Origin: Chitinophagaceae bacterium
GTDB lineage: Bacteria > Bacteroidota > Bacteroidia > Chitinophagales > Chitinophagaceae
DNA: 64,000 nucleotides
Assembly: GCA_031371545.1 (NCBI GenBank)
Contig: JANMJU010000026.1
Location: 1,337-65,336, forward strand
Reading direction: 5' to 3'
A program made the position numbers and the translations under genes. A model generated the notes under the pieces. That model had not been told where the DNA came from, ran no database searches, and saw only the letters and a list, made by a program, of their open reading frames with translations. Shown here one piece after another: positions 30,189-37,798 of this stretch; position 1 is the stretch's first letter; every line of letters begins with the position of its first letter.

Positions 30189-31671
30189 TGACAGTTTTTC
30201 TGCTATAACTATAGAATCTGCTGCTTCGCATAATTGGAGTACACTAAAAATATGTGTGCTGCTTCCCGATTATTCAACATCCGATGTTGACTACCAGTTG
30301 TATGATCCGCCAAGGAATTTATCTCACCTTATTCCAGAAGCATATTTTGAACATGTTTTTCTGAATAAATTGAGTACTTACAAACAGTTAAAAGAATTAA
30401 AGAAAAAGCAATTCGACATATTTGTAAATCTATGTGAGGGCTATCTTGAATGGGCAGTTCCTTCTATTGATGTTATCTATACATTGGAGATACTCAACCT
30501 GCCATTTACCGGCCCCACAACTCTGTTATATGATCCACCAAAAGAACTGATGAAATATGTGGCATACACTGAAGGTGTTAGAACTCCTGCTTATACCCTT
30601 ATAGAAAATGAAGAAAATATTGAATCTGAATGCAAGCTGCTACAATATCCATTGTTTGTAAAACCTCATAAAGCGGGGGATAGCCTGGGAGTGGATGAGA
30701 AAAGTCTGGTAAATAACCTTTTTGAATTAAAGGAAAAAATACGTTCTGTTATTGATGAATACAGTCCTTTGCTTGTAGAAGAGTATATCGAGGGAAGGGA
30801 GTTTACGATAATGCTTGCTGCTGACGCCGGTAATAAATCTGTGACAACCTTCCGGCCTGTTGAGTATATTTTTCCTGAAGGAAACCAGTTTAAAACTTAT
30901 GCACTGAAAACTTCAGAACTTCATCCAAACGCAAATATTCCTGTTATGGATGAGCAACTTAATAAAAGATTAAAAACTGCAGCCACAAAAATATTCACCG
31001 CATTTAAAGGGGCTGGTTATGCCCGTTTAGACTTCAGAATGAATGCTGAAGGAGAGCTATTTTTTCTTGAAATAAACTTTACATGTTCTGTATTCTATAC
31101 TAAAGGTTATGAAGGAAGTGCAGATTATATACTACAGCATGATGGATTTGGGCAGGCAAATTTTTTAAAAAATATTATTGCTGAGGGTATTGAAAGATAT
31201 CGCCTAATGCAAAAAAAATATTTTATGAAGGGTAATTCAATAGCTGGTTATGGCATTTATGCCACCAATAATATTGCAGCTAATGAATTGATATTCAAAG
31301 GAGAGGAAATGGCTCAGCGGATAGTTACCAAGAGTCATGTGGAGAAAAACTGGGATGATAACCAAAAAGAAATATTTAGAAAATACGCTTATCCTCTAAG
31401 CAAAGAGGTATTTTTGCTGTGGGATAACAATCCGTATGAATGGGCTCCACAAAATCATAGTTGTTCGCCAAATACGGCATTTGATGGTTTAAATATAAAA
31501 GCTATAGGCTACATTAAAAATGGCGATGAATTAACTTTAGATTATGCGTCTTTTTTGGATGAAAATATGGAGCCTTTTAAATGCAAATGTGGCTCTCCCA
31601 ACTGTCGTGGCTTAATTACCGGAATTACTAACAACTCGGTAACCGAAAGAGAAAAAGAAGCCACTACTTAA
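30169..31671 (+). CDS. Fusion protein: Ddl-type ATP-grasp ligase plus C-terminal SET-domain methyltransferase
   Basis: ATP-grasp part: FVKPHKAGDSLGV, VEEYIEGREFTIML, FFLEINFTCS. SET part from about nt 31201: GYGIYAT, NHSCSPN (31453-31473), ELTLDY and post-SET CKCGSPNCRG (31582-31611). Overlaps the upstream ligase gene by 20 nt. Confidence 0.82.
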   Translation: MSPIQNNDSFSAITIESAASHNWSTLKICVLLPDYSTSDVDYQLYDPPRNLSHLIPEAYFEHVFLNKLSTYKQLKELKKKQFDIFVNLCEGYLEWAVPSIDVIYTLEILNLPFTGPTTLLYDPPKELMKYVAYTEGVRTPAYTLIENEENIESECKLLQYPLFVKPHKAGDSLGVDEKSLVNNLFELKEKIRSVIDEYSPLLVEEYIEGREFTIMLAADAGNKSVTTFRPVEYIFPEGNQFKTYALKTSELHPNANIPVMDEQLNKRLKTAATKIFTAFKGAGYARLDFRMNAEGELFFLEINFTCSVFYTKGYEGSADYILQHDGFGQANFLKNIIAEGIERYRLMQKKYFMKGNSIAGYGIYATNNIAANELIFKGEEMAQRIVTKSHVEKNWDDNQKEIFRKYAYPLSKEVFLLWDNNPYEWAPQNHSCSPNTAFDGLNIKAIGYIKNGDELTLDYASFLDENMEPFKCKCGSPNCRGLITGITNNSVTEREKEATT

Positions 31672-31776
31672 ACTAACCCAACGTCTTTCGGTCTAACTAC
31701 TCCATTAAATGATTGGCTTACCGGTTTATCCGGGATAGAAATTGTATGATTTATTAAATGATTCAAAAGAAGATTT

Positions 31777-32718
31777 ATGTCAAGATTTAATGTACTACGA
31801 ACATTGATAGTAAAACATAAGTATCAATTAAGTTTTACCTATTTTTTATTTACGCTGGAAACGATGGGCAGCTTGATGCGATTTTATTTTTTCGGGGAGG
31901 CTATCAATGATTTAATAAAAGGCAGCTATCATGGATTAATTGTACTAACCATAGCGCATATAATTTATTTAATTGTTGGTACAGCGAGGCATATTTATGA
32001 CACCAGAACATATACAGCTATTTACACCTCTTTAGTAACAAAACTTTTAAGCAGGCGTTTTGAAAAAATTGAATTGTCCAAGCTGAGTGCTCACTCTACA
32101 TTGGCAAGGGAATTCATTGATTTTTTAGAACACGACCTGGTGTATGTAATAGAAGCAACTTATAATTTGTTGGGCTCTTTAATTATTCTTTTTTTCTATG
32201 ATAAAATGATTGTTGGTATCTGTTTAGCTATTTTGGCACCCGTGCTGTTGGTGAGTTATTGGTATGGTAAAAAGATGAATAAGCTCAACAAGCAAAAAAA
32301 TGATGAATTAGAAAAGCAGGTTGATGTTATTGGTACGGGCAATAAAAAAATGATTTATCAGCATTACAACAATTTAAGAAACTGGCAAATAAAAATTTCT
32401 AATAAAGAAGCTTTCAATTTCGGTTTTATGGAAGTAATGGTATTACTTGTAATTACAGTTTCTTTAGTATTATCTAAAAGCATGCACAATCCTGCATTGC
32501 TTGCTGGCAGCCTGTTTGGTATTTACAGTTACATTCTAAAATTTGCCAGTGGTCTTGATACAATTCCTTATACAATACAACGACTTTCTTCATTAAATGA
32601 TATTTCAAGAAGAATTGAGATACAGAAGGAAGACATACCAAAAGAAAAGAAGAAGGGAGAGATTAGCGTACACCCTTATAGTATTATTTCAGCGAAAGAA
32701 ATTAAAATATCTGCGTAA
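31777..32718 (+). CDS. ABC-exporter-type six-helix transmembrane domain protein lacking a nucleotide-binding domain
   Basis: 313 aa with type-I ABC exporter TMD architecture: two clusters of long helices separated by a charged intracellular loop (KKMNKLNKQKNDELEKQVD). It ends where an NBD would start. No Walker A, signature motif or NBD ORF follows. Confidence 0.6.
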   Translation: MSRFNVLRTLIVKHKYQLSFTYFLFTLETMGSLMRFYFFGEAINDLIKGSYHGLIVLTIAHIIYLIVGTARHIYDTRTYTAIYTSLVTKLLSRRFEKIELSKLSAHSTLAREFIDFLEHDLVYVIEATYNLLGSLIILFFYDKMIVGICLAILAPVLLVSYWYGKKMNKLNKQKNDELEKQVDVIGTGNKKMIYQHYNNLRNWQIKISNKEAFNFGFMEVMVLLVITVSLVLSKSMHNPALLAGSLFGIYSYILKFASGLDTIPYTIQRLSSLNDISRRIEIQKEDIPKEKKKGEISVHPYSIISAKEIKISA

Positions 32719-33002
32719 ACTAATTGTATTATTAATTAAGCTTGTCCCAATTAAATATTTTCTTTATATCTATAACAACAATATTTCTCTATTTCCTTTG
32801 GTGTACCAACCTGCAAAAAAGTACTAATTACCGATCATCCCAACAATTTACCATCTACAAAATCAGCAATTTTTGTTTTATTGATAGCTAATTTTTGTAA
32901 AACCCAATACCGGCAAGGTTTTTACTCAAAACAAAGTTAACAAACACTGCCTATTACCATTATTAAATTAGTACTTTGTTTCGCATAGTACTAATTATTT
33001 TA

Positions 33003-33010
33003 TATCTTTG
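33003..33010 (+). promoter_or_regulatory. Bacteroidota -7 promoter element (TAnnTTTG) for the micro-protein genes
   Basis: TATCTTTG lies 42 nt upstream of ATG 33052, directly after an 8-bp inverted repeat. Confidence 0.45.
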
Positions 33011-33051
33011 TTTTATCAAAGTAATAAATACAATAATTAAAACTTACAATC

Positions 33052-33240
33052 ATGAAAAAGACATTAAACAGCTCATTTGTCCATTTAACTCAAAATGAGC
33101 TTAAAAATTTAACAAGCGAAGTAAAAGAAACTATTGCTGTAGCGTTTTTCCGCAAACCAGAAAACAAGATTTTTACTGCGGCCAATCTTTGGAATATACA
33201 ACGGCAGACTAAAACAAGAATGCAAAGAAGGTTTATTTAA
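33052..33240 (+). CDS. 62-aa basic micro-protein, paralog 1 (candidate precursor/substrate peptide)
   Basis: MKKTLNSSFVHLTQNELKNLTSEVKETIAVAFFRKPENKIFTAANLWNIQRQTKTRMQRRFI. Paralogous to the next ORF: 29 identical positions in my hand alignment. Confidence 0.6.
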   Translation: MKKTLNSSFVHLTQNELKNLTSEVKETIAVAFFRKPENKIFTAANLWNIQRQTKTRMQRRFI

Positions 33241-33269
33241 AAACATTATCAATCTAAAAACTTATAATC

Positions 33270-33455
33270 ATGAAAAAGACAACTAATTGCATATTTGCTA
33301 AACTTAGCAGCAGCCAAATAGAAAACTTAACCAATGTAGTTAAAGAAACGATTGCTTTTGAAACTGGTATAGCAGCAATCAAAACATTTACCTCTGCAGA
33401 CTTGCGAAATATTCAAAAGCAGTCAAGGGGCAGATGGCAAAGGAAATTTTTTTAA
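33270..33455 (+). CDS. 61-aa basic micro-protein, paralog 2 (candidate precursor/substrate peptide)
   Basis: MKKTTNCIFAKLSSSQIENLTNVVKETIAFETGIAAIKTFTSADLRNIQKQSRGRWQRKFF. The translation-initiation context is duplicated (AAAACTTATAATCATGAAAAAGACA versus AAAACTTACAATCATGAAAAAGACA). Confidence 0.6.
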   Translation: MKKTTNCIFAKLSSSQIENLTNVVKETIAFETGIAAIKTFTSADLRNIQKQSRGRWQRKFF

Positions 33456-33485
33456 AGGCAGGAAATAAAAAAAAATTGACACATT

Positions 33486-33866
33486 TTATGAGCGATAAAA
33501 CTCCTCCAACATTCCAAAATAATTGTGATTCCAGCCTTCTGTCATGTTTATGTATTCTTCATCCGGGATATTGGTATGTGTTAGTTCAACGGAGGTTCCG
33601 TGTTTATGTGGATGTAATTTGATTGTTACAATGGAGGCTTCTTCCTGATCACCAAAATACCACTCTTGAACAATCATTTTACCAGTTTCAAAAGCCAAAT
33701 TTCTTCCAGAAATGCTACCTTCCCATAATGAGAATTCGCTGCCAATCTCTGTACTCATTTCAGCAGGATCACCGCTCCAGAGTTGAATTGTAGCCGGATT
33801 AGTTAATGCAATAAAAATATCTTCGGGGCTTGCCGGGATGATATAATATTTTTTAAAGTCCTTCAT
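33486..33866 (-). CDS. SRPBCC superfamily (AHSA1/START-like) protein
   Basis: 126 aa. PEDIFIALTNPATIQLWSG and VELTHTNIPDE are typical of Aha1-domain proteins. Confidence 0.65.
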   Translation of the reverse strand: MKDFKKYYIIPASPEDIFIALTNPATIQLWSGDPAEMSTEIGSEFSLWEGSISGRNLAFETGKMIVQEWYFGDQEEASIVTIKLHPHKHGTSVELTHTNIPDEEYINMTEGWNHNYFGMLEEFYRS

Positions 33867-33881
33867 TTTTAGGTGATATAT

Positions 33882-34397
33882 TTATCTGCCAAAATCATCT
33901 TGTATTCTTACAATATCATCTTCATTGCTGGGATTATCTGTATCGGTGTGCTGCCATATTTCAGCCACAATACCCCAACCGTCTAAACCAATGAGCCGGT
34001 GCCGTTCCCCCTGTTTCAACTGTATGATATCTCCAATTGACAAATGGTTTGTATTCTCCTCAACATCCGTATCACTTGTTACTACTCCAGCCGTGCCTCC
34101 AATAAGTTTCCATATTTCTGCACGCCGGTGATGATACTGCCAGCTTAATCTTTTATTAGGTCCAACAATCAATACCTTGGGGCTTAATTTACCAGATATT
34201 ATTAGTTTTTCTTTTGTGATGTGTGGGAAATACAGTGAAATAAATCTTTCAGCCTGCGATTCATCTAAAACAAAAAACCCCCCCCAAGGCCTTGTGTCAT
34301 CCTGCTGATTTACATTTAATTGCTGTTGATTTAGGTACTCTTCAACCTTTTCAAAAACCAATACTTTTGGGGTATCCTCTGAAAAATTTAAAGTCAT
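33882..34397 (-). CDS. Cupin domain protein (type II phosphomannose-isomerase C-terminal-like)
   Basis: RPWGGFFVL, SWQYHHRRAEIW and GERHRL cupin motifs. Confidence 0.7.
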   Translation of the reverse strand: MTLNFSEDTPKVLVFEKVEEYLNQQQLNVNQQDDTRPWGGFFVLDESQAERFISLYFPHITKEKLIISGKLSPKVLIVGPNKRLSWQYHHRRAEIWKLIGGTAGVVTSDTDVEENTNHLSIGDIIQLKQGERHRLIGLDGWGIVAEIWQHTDTDNPSNEDDIVRIQDDFGR

Positions 34398-34450
34398 AAA
34401 GTTTATTTGATTCTGTTATTGCTGAATATTTAATTAATTGTCCACTACAA

Positions 34451-36319
34451 TTATCTTCCCATAAAAACCATCAATATCTGCACGTCACTTGGATTAACGC
34501 CTGATATCCTTGAAGCCTGTCCTAGCGTACGTGGCCTTATTTTAGTAAATTTTTGCCTGGCTTCATTGCTCAGAGATACCAGTTTATCATAACCAAAGTT
34601 GTCTGGTATCAGCAAGTCTTCTAACTGGCTCATCTTAGTAACAAGCTCTTTTTCTTTTTGAATATATGTTTCATACTTTGTTTGAATTTCCACCTGCTCC
34701 AGTATCTCAGGCTTCATGCTCATTATGGCTTCTTTTATTTTAGGTACATGATTTATCATATCTGCCAAACCAATATTAGGTCTTAATAATAAAGAAAGTA
34801 CTTTTTGGCGATTTACTAACGGAGAAGATTGTACCCTATTAAGCAGTGGGTTTATTTCTTCAGGCTCTATAGAAAGTGAGCTTAAAATCACTCTTGCTTT
34901 TTCTACCATCTCTATTTTTAATTTTACTCTTTCCATCCTCTCCTGAGATGCCAATCCAATCCGGTAACTTTTTTCTGTTAATCTTATATCGGCATTATCC
35001 TGCCGTAATAAAGTTCTGAACTCTGCCCTGCTTGTGAACATCCGGTAGGGTTCATCAGTTCCCTTATTAATTAAATCATCTATTAATACCCCAATGTATG
35101 CTTCACTCCTCTTTAATATTAGTGGGTCTAAGTCTTTTACTTTTTGATGGGCATTAATCCCTGCCATTAATCCCTGGCAGGCTGCTTCTTCATAACCCGT
35201 AGTGCCATTTATCTGTCCAGCAAAGAAGAGGTTATCAATTAGTTTGGTTTCTAAGCTAAATTTTAGCTGGGTTGGTGGAAAATAATCATACTCAATTGCA
35301 TAACCCGGCCTGAACATTTTGCAGTTCTCAAATCCAGGAACCAATTTGAGTGCTTTATATTGAACCTCTTCCGGCAAGGAAGATGAAAATCCATTTACAT
35401 AAATTTCAACCGTATTAAACCCTTCCGGTTCTACAAATAATTGATGCCTATCCCTTTCTGCAAATCGGTTGATCTTATCTTCTATACTTGGGCAATAGCG
35501 TGGACCAGTGCCCTTAATCCGACCCTGAAACATAGGACTTTTTTCAAAACCAGTTTTAAGTATTTCATGCACTTCACTACTGGTGTAGGTAATCCAACAG
35601 CTCTTTTGTTGCAAAGGGGTAATTTTCTTTGTATCTAGATAACTAAATCCTATTATTTCATCATCCCCTTTTTGTTCCTCCATTTTACTGTAATCCAGAC
35701 TTCTGCCGTCTATTCTTGGCGGAGTTCCCGTTTTTAAACGGTTACTTTCAAAACCAAGACCAATCAATTGCTCTGTAATACCCTTTACGGCTCTCTCAGC
35801 CATTCTCCCTCCACCTATTTTTTTCTCTCCAATATGAATTACGCCGTTTAAAAAAGTACCATTGGTTAAAACTACTGCCTTAGCTTTTATTTCATGCCCT
35901 AACCCCGTGTGGACGCCACATACTTTACCATCTTTTACTAATAAACCAACCACAGTATCCTGATAAAAGTCCACATTAGGAGTATTTTCAAGCATCTCCC
36001 GCCATTTTGAGGCAAATAACATCCGGTCGCTCTGAACCCTTGGACTCCACATTGCCGGCCCCTTACTCCTGTTGAGCATCCTAAACTGGATCATGCTTTC
36101 ATCCGTAACAATTCCACTATAACCCCCTAATGCATCTATTTCTCTTACAATTTGCCCTTTTGCAATCCCGCCCATCGCTGGGTTACAGCTCATTTGGGCA
36201 ATTGTCTGCATATTCATTGTAATCAAAAGCACCTTACTACCCAAATTGGCTGCAGAAGTTGCGGCTTCACAACCAGCATGACCAGCACCCACTACAATTA
36301 TATCATACTCATTAAACAT
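34451..36319 (-). CDS. mnmG: tRNA uridine-5-carboxymethylaminomethyl(34) synthesis enzyme MnmG (GidA)
   Basis: 622 aa. YDIIVVGAGHAGCEAA FAD motif, SCNPAMGG and GQINGTTGYEEAACQG. Confidence 0.95.
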   Translation of the reverse strand: MFNEYDIIVVGAGHAGCEAATSAANLGSKVLLITMNMQTIAQMSCNPAMGGIAKGQIVREIDALGGYSGIVTDESMIQFRMLNRSKGPAMWSPRVQSDRMLFASKWREMLENTPNVDFYQDTVVGLLVKDGKVCGVHTGLGHEIKAKAVVLTNGTFLNGVIHIGEKKIGGGRMAERAVKGITEQLIGLGFESNRLKTGTPPRIDGRSLDYSKMEEQKGDDEIIGFSYLDTKKITPLQQKSCWITYTSSEVHEILKTGFEKSPMFQGRIKGTGPRYCPSIEDKINRFAERDRHQLFVEPEGFNTVEIYVNGFSSSLPEEVQYKALKLVPGFENCKMFRPGYAIEYDYFPPTQLKFSLETKLIDNLFFAGQINGTTGYEEAACQGLMAGINAHQKVKDLDPLILKRSEAYIGVLIDDLINKGTDEPYRMFTSRAEFRTLLRQDNADIRLTEKSYRIGLASQERMERVKLKIEMVEKARVILSSLSIEPEEINPLLNRVQSSPLVNRQKVLSLLLRPNIGLADMINHVPKIKEAIMSMKPEILEQVEIQTKYETYIQKEKELVTKMSQLEDLLIPDNFGYDKLVSLSNEARQKFTKIRPRTLGQASRISGVNPSDVQILMVFMGR

Positions 36320-36450
36320 AAGGTTGCAAAGATACCTTTTTGGTATATTACTATAAATAGGGTGTTATTATTCAAAATTTGATGTTCCACATGAAACGTG
36401 CGGTTTTCCTTGATTCATTTTAATAACCAATGTTCCACGTGGAGCATTGG

Positions 36451-36873
36451 TTATTTGAAATAGCTATTTAGATATTTATCTTCGAGCTTTCGCATTAAAT
36501 TTTTATCTGCCGTCTTTTTATCTTTATATCCGCAAAGGTGTAATACACCATGAAATATTACTCTATGAAGTTCATTTTGAAGAGACGCATTCAGGCTTTT
36601 CGCATTTTCTATAACTCTATCAATACTAATGTACACCTCTCCATTTATTGGATCCTGAATACCTGAAAGATTGAATGTAATAATGTCTGTGTAATAGTCA
36701 TGTTTTAAAAACTCATAATTAATATTGAGTAAATATTCATCGGAGCAAAAAATATAATTGATAGATGTCAGTCTCTTTCCCTCTTTTAAAAAAATGGATA
36801 TAATAAACCCCTTAAGCCTTGTTCTTTCTTTCAAAGTAATTTTAGTATCGGCAATATAGAATTGTACAAGCAT
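36451..36873 (-). CDS. ybeY: rRNA maturation RNase YbeY
   Basis: 140 aa with the HGVLHLCGY zinc-binding motif. Confidence 0.9.
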   Translation of the reverse strand: MLVQFYIADTKITLKERTRLKGFIISIFLKEGKRLTSINYIFCSDEYLLNINYEFLKHDYYTDIITFNLSGIQDPINGEVYISIDRVIENAKSLNASLQNELHRVIFHGVLHLCGYKDKKTADKNLMRKLEDKYLNSYFK

Positions 36874-36946
36874 TGTAATATTTCTTTAAATCGAAATTAT
36901 TGAACAATCACTAATGTATACTTTTGCAACTGAAATAAAATAAAAC

Positions 36947-37180
36947 ATGGATATCAGGCTTTCGGAAATTTCAGCTGGCAAAACAGTAGTAATAAAATCG
37001 TTTGAAAAAGATGACATTTTTTTGAAACTAATGGAGATGGGATGTGTACCAGGAGAAAAAATTATAGTAGATCAAATTGCGCCCCTTGGTGATCCGATTT
37101 CAATATTAGTGGCGGGGTATCATTTAAGTCTCAGAATAAATGAGGCTGAAAATATCTGGGTAGAAGAAGTTAGTTATTAA
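36947..37180 (+). CDS. FeoA-family small protein
   Basis: 77 aa SH3-like FeoA pattern (VVIKSF...LMEMGCVPGEKI...APLGDPI). No feoB follows. Confidence 0.7.
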   Translation: MDIRLSEISAGKTVVIKSFEKDDIFLKLMEMGCVPGEKIIVDQIAPLGDPISILVAGYHLSLRINEAENIWVEEVSY

Positions 37181-37189
37181 ATTTATTAA

Positions 37190-37780
37190 TTGAATGATTA
37201 TCACGTAGTTATGCTAATTGGTCTTTATTTTGGGTCTTTCAATCCGGTACATACGGGTCATCTTATAATAGCAAAACATCTATTAAACTCCACACTTCTC
37301 CAACAGGTTTGGTTAATTGTTTCGCCACACAACCCATTAAAAAAATCCACTTCGCTTTTAAATGAATATCACCGTTTACATTTAGTTCAGTCTGCAATTG
37401 AGGGAGAAAAAAATTTAAAAGTCTCCAATGTAGAATTTCATCTTCCCAAACCTTCTTATACAATTGATACCTTAACCTATTTAAAAGAAAAATTTCCAGA
37501 ACACTCTTTTGCTGTTATTATGGGAAGTGATAGCTTTTGTAACATTCATAAATGGAAAAATTATGAGGTATTACTTAAAGAATACGAACTTTATATTTAC
37601 CAACGACCAGGTTTTGAAGTTAAGGGAAACACACATAGTAATATTAAATTGCTAAATGCACCGTTACTTGAAATTTCGAGTACGCTTATACGTGAGTTAA
37701 TTAAAAAAAAGAAATCTATCCGTTATCTTGTTCCTGATATTGTAAAAGAAGAAATTGAAGGAAATAATTACTATAACTAA
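37190..37780 (+). CDS. nadD: Nicotinate-nucleotide adenylyltransferase
   Basis: GLYFGSFNPVHTGH nucleotidyltransferase motif and a C-terminal ISST motif. The start may be ATG 37211. Confidence 0.88.
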   Translation: MNDYHVVMLIGLYFGSFNPVHTGHLIIAKHLLNSTLLQQVWLIVSPHNPLKKSTSLLNEYHRLHLVQSAIEGEKNLKVSNVEFHLPKPSYTIDTLTYLKEKFPEHSFAVIMGSDSFCNIHKWKNYEVLLKEYELYIYQRPGFEVKGNTHSNIKLLNAPLLEISSTLIRELIKKKKSIRYLVPDIVKEEIEGNNYYN

Positions 37781-37798
37781 TTTTAAAATTACAATAAA

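Noticed and set aside
29019-31671. Interpreting the two Ddl-like ligases as cell-wall D-Ala-D-Ala ligases or as mycosporine-like amino acid enzymes (MysC/MysD)
   Set aside because: No mur/ddl context is present. One ligase is fused to a SET domain. No 2-epi-5-epi-valiolone/desmethyl-4-deoxygadusol synthase or O-methyltransferase gene is nearby, as an MAA cluster would require.
29019-33455. Classifying the locus as a microviridin/graspetide cluster
   Set aside because: The ligases show the Ddl-type N-terminal signature rather than what I recall of MvdC/MvdD-type enzymes. The two peptides also lack an obvious Thr/Ser plus Asp/Glu plus Lys core motif. I therefore kept it as an unclassified ATP-grasp system pending HMM assignment.
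33434-33622. 62-aa plus-strand ORF following the second micro-protein
   Set aside because: It mostly overlaps, in antisense, the SRPBCC gene (33486-33866) and shows no similarity to the P1/P2 peptides.
36947-37180. FeoA gene without FeoB, considered as a remnant of a decayed feoAB operon
   Set aside because: The ORF is intact, and stand-alone FeoA-like SH3 proteins are common. Nothing in the flanks resembles feoB fragments.
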